Source of the DNA: a virus
Lineage: Duplodnaviria; Caudoviricetes
Virus record (IMG/VR): IMGVR_UViG_3300031605_000021
Location: 1-28,367 of that record
Direction: 5' to 3' (one strand)
DNA: 28,367 nt
The position numbers and the translations under genes are program-made. Under the pieces are notes generated by a model that searched no databases, was not told where the DNA came from, and saw nothing but the letters and a program-made list of their open reading frames with translations. Positions 13,354 through 22,340 of the stretch are shown here, piece by piece; within the stretch, counting starts at the first letter, position 1, and the number at the start of each line of letters is the position of its first letter.

Positions 13354-13946
13354 GTCTTACAATCGGTTTTGCGGTTATCGTGTCACTGTTACTTTGGATC
13401 ATCATCGGCTCCAAGGGCCACTGGGCCACGAAGGCCTTTGTTATCGCGGTAGCATTATATTTCTGTTTATCCGTAGGAGTTTCGATCAGGGGCTTTAAAG
13501 GCTGGCCAACTGATGAGCCTCTTCCAGATGAGTTTTATGTTCACTGGATGGTCATTCAAGAGCCAGACCGAAAGACTGGATTTGGGGGAGCTATCTTTGC
13601 TTGGGTACACCCCCTGAAGGAGCGAAAGAAGACGAGTGGTTGGACAGACTACCTAGTCCTTTTGAGGGGCGACAGTTCGGAGCCTAGAGCTTACAAGCTA
13701 CTATATACAAGAAAGCTACACGAGAAAGCTCAGGAAGCTTTGGGCATGATCAGGGGTGGCCAGCAAGTTGTAGGATTAAATGGATCGGGGTCAGGAGAAG
13801 GTGAGGCTGGATCTGGAGAAGATCCGTCTGGTCAAGGGGGTGGCGAAGGATCACAGGATGGAGAGGGTGCAGGAAGTCTTACGGAGGGTGGAGATATTTC
13901 ATTCCAACGACTTCCTCCTCCAGTACTACCAGAGAAAGGAAATTAA
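13350..13946 (+). CDS. membrane-anchored hypothetical protein with Gly-rich linker and Pro-rich tail
   Basis: two N-terminal hydrophobic segments; ATGA coupled to upstream gene. Confidence 0.75.
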   Translation: MSLTIGFAVIVSLLLWIIIGSKGHWATKAFVIAVALYFCLSVGVSIRGFKGWPTDEPLPDEFYVHWMVIQEPDRKTGFGGAIFAWVHPLKERKKTSGWTDYLVLLRGDSSEPRAYKLLYTRKLHEKAQEALGMIRGGQQVVGLNGSGSGEGEAGSGEDPSGQGGGEGSQDGEGAGSLTEGGDISFQRLPPPVLPEKGN

Positions 13947-13949
13947 CTA

Positions 13950-15047
13950 ATGAAGACTAAGGCAATCATTTTTGGAGTTACGGGACAGGATGGAAGCCAT
14001 TTAACGGATTTGCTCCTGAGTAAGAACTATGAAGTCATAGGAGTGGCAAGAAGATGCAGCGTAGACACTACTGAGAGGATTAAGGATCGATTAGAATGTC
14101 CACATTTTCATTTGGCGGAAGGAGACATTACTGATGCTCATAGTGTCATTGGGATTCTTAAGGAGAACGATGATGTAGATGAAGTCTATAACTTAGCAGC
14201 ACAGTCGCATGTAGGAATCTCTTTTAAGCAACCCGGCCTTACTTGGGATATTACTGGTAAAGGATGCTTAAATATTTTACAGAGTCTTGTGGATCTTGAG
14301 ATAGACTGTAGATTTTATCAGGCGTCCTCAAGCGAGATGTTTGGCGACTCGTATAGTGTAGATAAGGATGGAAAAAAATATCAGGACGAGAATACCAAGT
14401 TTTTACCACAGTCTCCGTATGCTATCGCCAAAGTCGCTGCACACTATATGGTAAGATTGTTCAGGGAAGCATATGGCATGCACGCTAGTGCTGGCATTTT
14501 GTTTAATCATGAGGGGGAGCGCAGGGGAGAAAACTTTGTAACGCGCAAAATTACCAGATGGATTAGTGGATACTGTAGCTGGTTAGATCGGTTTCACACT
14601 TCTCATAATGAGAATATCCTTGCGTTTGGGAAAGATGAGATCTATATTAGAAGCAGACTAGATAATGATGAAGGATTTGAATACCCCAAGTTAAGACTGG
14701 GTAATCTGGACGCATGTCGAGATTGGGGGTATGCCGGAGACTACGTAGAAGCAATGTGGGCAATGCTACAGCAAGAGCATCCAGACGACTATGTTATTTG
14801 TACAGGTCAGACACATAGTGTTAGAGAGTTTCTAGACTATGCATTTGGCTATGTAGGTGTAACTGATTGGAGTAATTTAGTAACTATTGATCCAGAGTTC
14901 TATAGACCAGCAGAGGTCGATTACCTTTGCGGGAATGCTTCTAAAGCAAAAAATAGATTGGGATGGGTTCCTAAATATGGTTTAGAAGAACTAGTTCAAA
15001 CTATGATGGAACATGATCTAGATGTTAATCTACAAAGTGTATCTTGA
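13950..15047 (+). CDS. gmd: GDP-mannose 4,6-dehydratase
   Basis: GVTGQDGS, YNLAAQSHV, YQASSSEMFG, SPYAIAK, GILFNHE, FVTRKIT, RDWG, RPAEVD motifs. Confidence 0.95.
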   Translation: MKTKAIIFGVTGQDGSHLTDLLLSKNYEVIGVARRCSVDTTERIKDRLECPHFHLAEGDITDAHSVIGILKENDDVDEVYNLAAQSHVGISFKQPGLTWDITGKGCLNILQSLVDLEIDCRFYQASSSEMFGDSYSVDKDGKKYQDENTKFLPQSPYAIAKVAAHYMVRLFREAYGMHASAGILFNHEGERRGENFVTRKITRWISGYCSWLDRFHTSHNENILAFGKDEIYIRSRLDNDEGFEYPKLRLGNLDACRDWGYAGDYVEAMWAMLQQEHPDDYVICTGQTHSVREFLDYAFGYVGVTDWSNLVTIDPEFYRPAEVDYLCGNASKAKNRLGWVPKYGLEELVQTMMEHDLDVNLQSVS

Positions 15048-15270
15048 TATGACCCTTGTCATTAATAATCTCCAGCCATACAAGCTGGGGAAGTATAATG
15101 CCACCTTTCCCATTGTCTTCATTGAGGCCCGTAATCCCGATGAAGCATGTTTTAAGGCGACGTATAACCTTATAAAGATTTTATTAGAGCAAGAAGACAC
15201 TGTAGAGACTCGGCTAGTGTGCAGAAAAGTCAGACGATACTTGAGAGTTATGAAGGTAGAATGTCAGTAG
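15022..15270 (+). CDS. hypothetical protein, 82 aa
   Basis: overlapping same-strand ORF in operon. Confidence 0.65.
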   Translation: MLIYKVYLDMTLVINNLQPYKLGKYNATFPIVFIEARNPDEACFKATYNLIKILLEQEDTVETRLVCRKVRRYLRVMKVECQ

Positions 15271-15527
15271 CAAGACGAAACTATGATGACCCCGCATATA
15301 GAGAGTGGAGAAAAAAGGTCTACAGACGAGACAAACGTAGGTGCCGAATGCCGGGGTGTAGATCTAGATTTAAAATTCAAGCTCACCATATAAAGAAATG
15401 GTCTGAGGCCGCTATTTTGAGATTTGATGTTGACAATGGCATTACCCTGTGTAAGAAATGTCATGCTTCCATTAATGGGCTAGAGTCACATTATGAGACA
15501 TTGTTTTCCCAAATAGTGAGAGGGTAA
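15261..15527 (+). CDS. HNH endonuclease
   Basis: RD...CRMPGC...AHHIK...NGITLCKKCH; start trimmed to ATG 15261. Confidence 0.85.
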   Translation: MSVARRNYDDPAYREWRKKVYRRDKRRCRMPGCRSRFKIQAHHIKKWSEAAILRFDVDNGITLCKKCHASINGLESHYETLFSQIVRG

Positions 15528-16031
15528 ATGGCTAACTATAAAGAAGCTCCTGAATACTATATAGTAAAAGATACCAGAGAGCAAGAAGGTTACTACTTCA
15601 GCAAATACAATAAATGTGCTGGAATGGTAACTGAAAAATTAGACACTGGAGACTATGCTATTCAAGGCATGGAAGATAAGTGCTGTATAGAACGCAAGGG
15701 ATGCGTTGAGGAACTAGCTATTAATTTGGGACAGAAGAAACATGCGTTTCTAAATGAAATAGAGCGTATGGAAAAGTTTCCTCATAAATTTATAGTATTG
15801 GAATTTGCCTTGGAGGATTTAGTAGACTTTCCAGAGAATACTAGAATTCCAGAAAAGAAAAAAGCCTCAGTAAAGATAACGGGTAAATACATGCTTAAGT
15901 GCCTTATGGAGTTTCAACTTCATGAGGGGATTCATATTATATTCTGTGGAAATAAACATAACGCATTTCTCACAACAAGTAGTATCTTTAAAAGGGTAAA
16001 CGAAATGTATACTATAGGTAGGAAAAAATGA
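15528..16031 (+). CDS. ERCC4-domain nuclease
   Basis: DTREQ, GDY, IERK motifs of the XPF/Mus81/ERCC4 family. Confidence 0.85.
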   Translation: MANYKEAPEYYIVKDTREQEGYYFSKYNKCAGMVTEKLDTGDYAIQGMEDKCCIERKGCVEELAINLGQKKHAFLNEIERMEKFPHKFIVLEFALEDLVDFPENTRIPEKKKASVKITGKYMLKCLMEFQLHEGIHIIFCGNKHNAFLTTSSIFKRVNEMYTIGRKK

Positions 16032-17881
16032 GTAAGTCATTTGCAGAAACTGCTATGGAGCTAGGAGGCAAGGACGCTGAAGAGTCTGAAAGTATCGGTA
16101 AGGTTGATACAGCAGACGATCAAGTAGAGGATCTCTTTGAGGATAAATATCAAACCAACAATAGCCCTGCCTTTAAGGCGGTGTGGGGTAGCGATTTTCC
16201 CACCGAGAGTTTTTTTGAGTTTAATTTCCATAGACCTAACTCCGACATGCTGGACAACTGCCTCAATATTACAAAGGACTTTAGGGCAGAAGGTAAGCTA
16301 TATGACGACAAGGGAAAGCTGAATAAATCTCTGCTTGATGATCTTTCTGATGCGGGATATTTTGGACAGCTAGTCCCATTGCCCGATAAGCCAGCAGTAT
16401 CGTTCTCAGAGTTCTCCTATTTTCTTACAAAGATGGCTACTGTTGAAGCTAGCTTGGCTGGTCTCTCCTCTATTCATGGATGCATAGGTTCAGTAGACCC
16501 CATTAAAACGTTTGGTAGTGAATATCAAAAAAGAAAATATCTACCCAAGCTGGCTAGCGGAGAATTCCTGTCTGCATTTGCTCTAACCGAACCATGTGCT
16601 GGCTCAGATCTAACAGCGCTTAAGACTACGGCTCACTTGGATGGTGATGATTATGTGGTCAATGGAACAAAATTATTTATCACTAATGCTATTCATGGTA
16701 GACTTGTTTCTATTGTGTGCCTTGTCGAGGGAGAGCCTCAAGTATTAATAGCTGAGCTTCCCGAAAAAGATAATAACCATTTTGAAATTGTAAACTACGA
16801 TATATACGCGCTTAGCAAATTGTACAATAACGCCTTAGTGTTCAGGGACTTTAAAGTACCCAAAGAAAATCTAATCAGTCTAGAGGATGGAAACGGACTT
16901 ACGGTTGCCTATCATGGGTTGAATCTAGGCAGGGTGTCGTTGTGTGCCAATGCCTCTGGATGCATGAAGGCCATGCTGGAATCAATGCTTCCTTGGGCTA
17001 GCTACAGGTCAACGTATGGACAGCCCATCAAAAATAGAGAGCTTGTTCAGGATAGAATTGCCAGACTGGCTGGATATATACTATCATCTGACGCCTTGGT
17101 ATCTTGGTGTTCTGGCCTTATAGATAAAGGCTACCGAGGAGAGCTAGAGTGCATCATAGCAAAAACTTTTGGATCTGAATGCCAAAAGGAAGCTGCTATT
17201 GACCTGTGTATGAAAACCCATGGTGGGAGATCTTTTCTAGGGGGTCATATTATTGGAGATAATATTTACGACCTTTTGGCCCCCCTGATCTATGAGGGGG
17301 AGGGCGACATGCTTAATATGGCGTTCTTCAAAAGTCTAGTAAAAGATCACGGAAAAACTTATTTCGAACCAGTAGGAAAGCTTATGGCTGAGTTGGGGAA
17401 AAAGAGTCTTTCTCCTAAAGACATGATTAAAAATTATGGAGTTTTTGTTCCATACGCTAAGTGGCTTTTCACGGAAGCGACAACCATGAAGGGCGGAGTA
17501 CGCCCCATAGGGTTTAACAAGAGCCTAGTCCGCCATGCCAACTTCGCTATCAAGAATTTGCAAAGTTCGGCTTGGGAGATAAGCAGCCTCATGCGTAAGT
17601 ATCAACTGAAGTTAGCTGATAGGCAATGTCGCATGTCTATACTTTCTAGGAAAATCCAACACCTAATCACAATGATGGTTACGGTTTGTTATGCTTTTGC
17701 TAAGGCTGATACTACGACAGCGCTTATAGCGGATGTCTCTTGTGAGAATCTAAAAAATAAAATTACCGGCAACCACCCCACAGATGAACAGATTAGAAAA
17801 AGCGTTAACCTTGGAGCGATATTGACTAGCCAATATGGAGACAACGGTCTCGATTCCATACTCATGAGATACAATGACTAG
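16028..17881 (+). CDS. acyl-CoA dehydrogenase family protein (putative AMG)
   Basis: AFALTEPCAGSD, NGTKLFITN, LNLGR, R..YGQPI, HGG, IYEG motifs. Confidence 0.9.
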   Translation: MSKSFAETAMELGGKDAEESESIGKVDTADDQVEDLFEDKYQTNNSPAFKAVWGSDFPTESFFEFNFHRPNSDMLDNCLNITKDFRAEGKLYDDKGKLNKSLLDDLSDAGYFGQLVPLPDKPAVSFSEFSYFLTKMATVEASLAGLSSIHGCIGSVDPIKTFGSEYQKRKYLPKLASGEFLSAFALTEPCAGSDLTALKTTAHLDGDDYVVNGTKLFITNAIHGRLVSIVCLVEGEPQVLIAELPEKDNNHFEIVNYDIYALSKLYNNALVFRDFKVPKENLISLEDGNGLTVAYHGLNLGRVSLCANASGCMKAMLESMLPWASYRSTYGQPIKNRELVQDRIARLAGYILSSDALVSWCSGLIDKGYRGELECIIAKTFGSECQKEAAIDLCMKTHGGRSFLGGHIIGDNIYDLLAPLIYEGEGDMLNMAFFKSLVKDHGKTYFEPVGKLMAELGKKSLSPKDMIKNYGVFVPYAKWLFTEATTMKGGVRPIGFNKSLVRHANFAIKNLQSSAWEISSLMRKYQLKLADRQCRMSILSRKIQHLITMMVTVCYAFAKADTTTALIADVSCENLKNKITGNHPTDEQIRKSVNLGAILTSQYGDNGLDSILMRYND

Positions 17882-17883
17882 AC

Positions 17884-18159
17884 ATGAGAATAAAAGTTGG
17901 TGGAAAATACTGGGAGCTAAGCTTTAGGAAGATGCGTGGCGATTATCTAGGAAGGTGTGACGCTCCCGATACCCACGGAAAGAAAATACGCATATCCAAA
18001 GACCTTGAGAAATTAGAGGAATTAGATGTGACATTACACGAATTGCTACATGCGGCTGACTGGCACAAGGATGAGGAGTGGGTCGAGCAAACTGCGTCAG
18101 AGATTTCTCATGTTCTTTGGAAGCTAGGGTGGAGAAAAATAGATGAAAGAGATAGATGA
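17884..18159 (+). CDS. small HExxH metallopeptidase-like protein
   Basis: TLHELLHA motif with downstream EE. Confidence 0.7.
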   Translation: MRIKVGGKYWELSFRKMRGDYLGRCDAPDTHGKKIRISKDLEKLEELDVTLHELLHAADWHKDEEWVEQTASEISHVLWKLGWRKIDERDR

Positions 18160-20122
18160 GGCGTGGCTGGGTTTGGATATACCCGATGGAGACATCTTTA
18201 ATCCCGCTTCTACTCTAAGTGTGCGTGATGAGGATTTTCATCTTAAGCTCACATGGCTGATGACTAAGCCAGAGTATTTTTCGTTTATGTGTAAGCACAT
18301 ACTTAATGTGCAGCTATTACCATCTCAGGCTTTAATGCTCCATGAATTGTGGCATCGCAAGTTTCCTATCCTGATTGCTAGTCGTGGCTTTGGTAAGTCT
18401 TTCATGTTGTCTTTGTATGCTTTGCTACGCGCCCTTTTGCTGCCTAGTCGAAAAATTGTAGTTGTTGGTGCTGCTTTTCGGCAGTCTAAAATCCTGTTTG
18501 AATACATGGAAACTATCTGGAGAAATGCACCAATTTTGCGTGACATATGTAGCAATACGAGTGGCCCACGTCGAGATGTAGACCGTTGCACCATGAGAAT
18601 TAATGAAAGCACCGTAACCTGCCTACCTCTTGGCGACGGACAAAAGATTCGTGGTCAACGCGCTAACGATATTATTAGTGATGAGTTTGCTTCTATTCCA
18701 CGAGATATTTTTGAAACGGTTGTTGCTGGGTTTGCCGCCGTAAGTGCGGACCCTATAGATAATGTAATACGGGTAGCAGCCCAAGAAAAGGCGGGAGAGC
18801 TTGGACTAGAATTTGAAGTATATGATAACTCAGACTCTATACAAATGATGCCTAACCAGATTATTATTTCGGGTACGGCCTACTATGACTTTAACCATTT
18901 TGCTGTATATTGGAAGAGATGGAAATCGATTATTAATAGCCGTGGAGAAAAAGGAAGGCTTAAGGAGGTCTTCAACGGAGAAGATCCTCCAGAAAGTTTC
19001 GATTGGAGAGAGTACTCAATAATACGCATACCTTATGAGCTTTTACCTAAAGGATTTATGGACGACTCTCAGGTGGCTAGATCTAAGGCTACTGTACATA
19101 CTGGCATTTATCAGATGGAATATGGGGCATGCTTTACTAGAGACTCTCAAGGGTTCTTTAAAAGATCGCTAATTGAATCATGCGTTGTTAGTTCAGAGAA
19201 CTTGATAAAAGACTATCAAGATAATAGTATACATTTTGAAGCTAGCCTTATAGGAAATCCTAAGATAAGGTACATATATGGTGTAGATCCAGCATCTGAG
19301 ATAGATAATTTTAGTATCGTAGTGTTGGAACTTCATCCAGACCATAGGCGTATAGTCCACTGTTGGACGACTACTAGATCAGATCATAGAGAGCGAGTCA
19401 AGAAAGGGTATTCTAGGGAGACAGACTTCTATGCATATTGTGCAAGAAAAATTAGGGATTTAATGAAGCTGTTTCCATGTGAGCATATTGCCATGGATGC
19501 TCAAGGCGGCGGCATTGCCGTTATGGAATCTTTGCATGATATAGATAAAATACAAGAAGGCGAGATTGCCATATGGCCAGTTATAAATCCAGACAAAGAG
19601 GCTGATACAGATGATGAGCGCGGTCTACATATTTTAGAGATGTGTCAATTTGCTAAATATGATTGGCTGTCTGAGGCAAACCATGGCCTCCGCAAGGACT
19701 TTGAAGATAAGGCTTTATTGTTTCCATTTTTTGACGCTGTTAGTTTAGGGCTGTCTCATAGCGATGATAATATTAAGAGCAGGATGTTCGACACCTTGGA
19801 GGAGTGTGTCATGGATATCGAAGAACTTAAGGATGAGCTTTCAATGATTGAAATGAGCCAAACCCCCAGTGGGCGTGACCGATGGGATACTCCTGAAGTG
19901 ATCATAGGAAAAGGAAAGAAAAGTAAGATCCGTAAGGACAGGTACTCGGCTTTGCTTATGGCAAATATGGCCTCAAGAATTTTACAGAGAACGCCTACGC
20001 CGGAAGCGTATGAATTTTATGGTGGCTTTGCGGAGTACGGTGGAAAGTATAAATCAAAAGAAGGTGAGAAGTTTTTTTCAGGCCCCAATTGGTTTACTGA
20101 CGGTATGAAAGATGTGTACTAG
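18143..20122 (+). CDS. terL: terminase large subunit
   Basis: Walker A ASRGFGKS, RGQRAN, Walker B IISDEFA, nuclease GVDPA and KDRYSAL. Confidence 0.9.
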   Translation: MKEIDEAWLGLDIPDGDIFNPASTLSVRDEDFHLKLTWLMTKPEYFSFMCKHILNVQLLPSQALMLHELWHRKFPILIASRGFGKSFMLSLYALLRALLLPSRKIVVVGAAFRQSKILFEYMETIWRNAPILRDICSNTSGPRRDVDRCTMRINESTVTCLPLGDGQKIRGQRANDIISDEFASIPRDIFETVVAGFAAVSADPIDNVIRVAAQEKAGELGLEFEVYDNSDSIQMMPNQIIISGTAYYDFNHFAVYWKRWKSIINSRGEKGRLKEVFNGEDPPESFDWREYSIIRIPYELLPKGFMDDSQVARSKATVHTGIYQMEYGACFTRDSQGFFKRSLIESCVVSSENLIKDYQDNSIHFEASLIGNPKIRYIYGVDPASEIDNFSIVVLELHPDHRRIVHCWTTTRSDHRERVKKGYSRETDFYAYCARKIRDLMKLFPCEHIAMDAQGGGIAVMESLHDIDKIQEGEIAIWPVINPDKEADTDDERGLHILEMCQFAKYDWLSEANHGLRKDFEDKALLFPFFDAVSLGLSHSDDNIKSRMFDTLEECVMDIEELKDELSMIEMSQTPSGRDRWDTPEVIIGKGKKSKIRKDRYSALLMANMASRILQRTPTPEAYEFYGGFAEYGGKYKSKEGEKFFSGPNWFTDGMKDVY

Positions 20123-20125
20123 ATT

Positions 20126-20134
20126 GTGTATAAT
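20126..20134 (+). promoter_or_regulatory. putative late promoter motif GTGTATAAT
   Basis: intergenic, upstream of portal. Confidence 0.55.
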
Positions 20135-20183
20135 TATGATAACAGTTCAATTCCATTCCAATTGTTTTTATGGGTGAAATAAA

Positions 20184-22283
20184 ATGAGTGACGACAAAGG
20201 ATTGATTACGTGGTCTGACGAGGAAAGTAAAGCTCATGCCATGGAAGAGTTTGCAGAGAGCATTGATGCGTATAGTGGAATTAATAAGTCGCGTGGTAGT
20301 CACTATACTAGCTTCACCAATGTAGAAGATCGTCGCAGTGTTAGACCTCCTTTTACGAGGAGTGATTATCATGCTTTTCGACCAGACGAAGAGATCCCTA
20401 CCCAGCAAAAGCGCATCATAAGGATGTGTATGGATGCATACGACAAGGTGGGAATTATACGAAATGTGATCGACTTAATGGGAGACTTTGGAAGTCAAGG
20501 AATTAATCTTATCCATGAGGACAAAAGCGTAGAGAAGTTTTACCAACACTGGTTTAAGAGAGTCGATGGTAAAGAAAGGTCAGAGCGTTTTCTAAATAAT
20601 ATCTATCGGGCTGGCAATGTGATTATGTATCGCAGTAATGCTCAGATTACACCAGAGCTTAAAAGATACATGAAAACTCTTGGCAGTGATATTAAAATCG
20701 ATCTACCGGCCATTGAGGAGAATGTTATTCCTTGGAGATACAATTTCTTCAACCCGCTTACCGTTGATATGAAAGACGGAAAAATGGCATTGTTTATGGG
20801 TAAGAAAAACTTTACCATTACCGCAAAAACCTTTCATGACAACTTTAAGAGTGGAGATATCCCTGCTCACATCTTAGATACATTACCGCCAGCCGCCAAG
20901 AAAGCTATCAGGCGAGGGGATAAAGTTATTCCCCTTGATCCAGACAGATTGATAATAGCATACTACAAGAAGGACGACTGGTTGCAGTGGGCCAAGCCAA
21001 TGATTTATGCTATCTTGGATGATATTGTGATGCTTGAAAAGATGCGCCTTGCCGATATGTCTGCTTTGGATGGGGCTATCTCAAATATTCGTCTTTGGAC
21101 TTTGGGAAATCTTGAACACAAGATTCTGCCAAACAAGGCGGCAATCAATAAGCTTAGAGATATATTGACCAGCAATGTTGGCGGTGGCACCATGGAATTG
21201 GTTTGGGGTCCAGAGCTTAGCTTTACGGAGTCACATAGCGAAGTATATAAGTTCTTGGGTTCTGAAAAATATTCAGCCGTGCTTAACAGCATCTATGCAG
21301 GACTTGGCGTTCCACCCACTCTTACCGGACTCGCTGGTCAAAGCGGTGGATTTACCAACAACTTTATTTCTCTAAAAACCTTGGTCGAGAGGCTACAGTA
21401 TGGAAGAGATTTATTGGTCAAGTTTTGGCAAAAGGAAGTTGAGCTTGTAAGAAGGGCCATGGGCTTTAGAAAGCCAGCCTACGTACATTTTGATCAGATG
21501 AATCTTTCTGACGAAACGGCTGAAAAGAATCTCTTGTTGCAATTAGCAGATCGAGATATTATTAGTCATGAGACTTTACTTGAACGGTTCAGTGAAATTC
21601 CGGGGGTAGAAAAAATTAGACTAAAACGAGAAATCAAACACCGAGATAGAGACGACGCTCCTGAAAAAGCTGGCCCATTCCATAACGCTCTGCGTGACCA
21701 TGATCTACAGAAGATTGCTTTGCAGCAGGGCGTGGTTACGCCTGAAGATGTGGGAGTTGAAACTACTTTGGATTCAAAAGAGTTAGTAGATAGGAAGTTT
21801 CCTAAACCTCAACCGGCAGGTCCATCTGGTGGTCCACCCGAGCAAAAGAAAAATAGTGAAAATCCTGATGGCGGTAGGCCAAAGTTTTCTAATGACAAAG
21901 AACCAAGAAAGAAGCGTGTTGATAAGCCGAAGTCAAAGCCCGGCCTTGCCGAGTTGGTTGTGTGGACTGAAGAAGCTTTTCAGGCAGTGTCTGAAGTTGT
22001 TAATACTGCCTTCTTAGATGTCAAAAATAAAAAGAACTTAAGGCAGCTTACGAAATCTGACGTGGCTGATCTAGAAAAGTTAAAGCTAGATGTTTTCGCC
22101 AACTTGGAATTATTGTCGCCTATAAGCACAAGTACTATCCACGATGTTCTTGTGAGTGGTTCTCAGGTTCCGCCAGACTTTAAAAAGATGCTTGACGATC
22201 AGGGGGTTAACCTGCAAAATATGAACATTGAACCCTATAGAAAGCACGCAATAGGACTGTATCTCGAATATCTGGGCTACTGA
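20184..22283 (+). CDS. portal protein
   Basis: follows TerL; 699 aa; IYAGLGVP..L pattern; synteny. Confidence 0.8.
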   Translation: MSDDKGLITWSDEESKAHAMEEFAESIDAYSGINKSRGSHYTSFTNVEDRRSVRPPFTRSDYHAFRPDEEIPTQQKRIIRMCMDAYDKVGIIRNVIDLMGDFGSQGINLIHEDKSVEKFYQHWFKRVDGKERSERFLNNIYRAGNVIMYRSNAQITPELKRYMKTLGSDIKIDLPAIEENVIPWRYNFFNPLTVDMKDGKMALFMGKKNFTITAKTFHDNFKSGDIPAHILDTLPPAAKKAIRRGDKVIPLDPDRLIIAYYKKDDWLQWAKPMIYAILDDIVMLEKMRLADMSALDGAISNIRLWTLGNLEHKILPNKAAINKLRDILTSNVGGGTMELVWGPELSFTESHSEVYKFLGSEKYSAVLNSIYAGLGVPPTLTGLAGQSGGFTNNFISLKTLVERLQYGRDLLVKFWQKEVELVRRAMGFRKPAYVHFDQMNLSDETAEKNLLLQLADRDIISHETLLERFSEIPGVEKIRLKREIKHRDRDDAPEKAGPFHNALRDHDLQKIALQQGVVTPEDVGVETTLDSKELVDRKFPKPQPAGPSGGPPEQKKNSENPDGGRPKFSNDKEPRKKRVDKPKSKPGLAELVVWTEEAFQAVSEVVNTAFLDVKNKKNLRQLTKSDVADLEKLKLDVFANLELLSPISTSTIHDVLVSGSQVPPDFKKMLDDQGVNLQNMNIEPYRKHAIGLYLEYLGY

Positions 22284-22316
22284 GAAAGTCACGATTTACA
22301 ATATTGAAAATAATTC

Positions 22317-22325
22317 GTGTATATA
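22317..22325 (+). promoter_or_regulatory. putative late promoter motif GTGTATATA
   Basis: intergenic, 15 nt before ATG 22341. Confidence 0.5.
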
Positions 22326-22340
22326 TTGTTAGAGACTATC

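Noticed and set aside
12245-13946. Zorya defence system or flagellar MotAB
   Set aside because: No ZorA long tail, no OmpA-like peptidoglycan-binding domain, and no zorC/D/E or flagellar genes.
18143-20122. Intein or intron in terminase
   Set aside because: ORF is continuous with no C/S...HN intein ends or homing-nuclease motifs.
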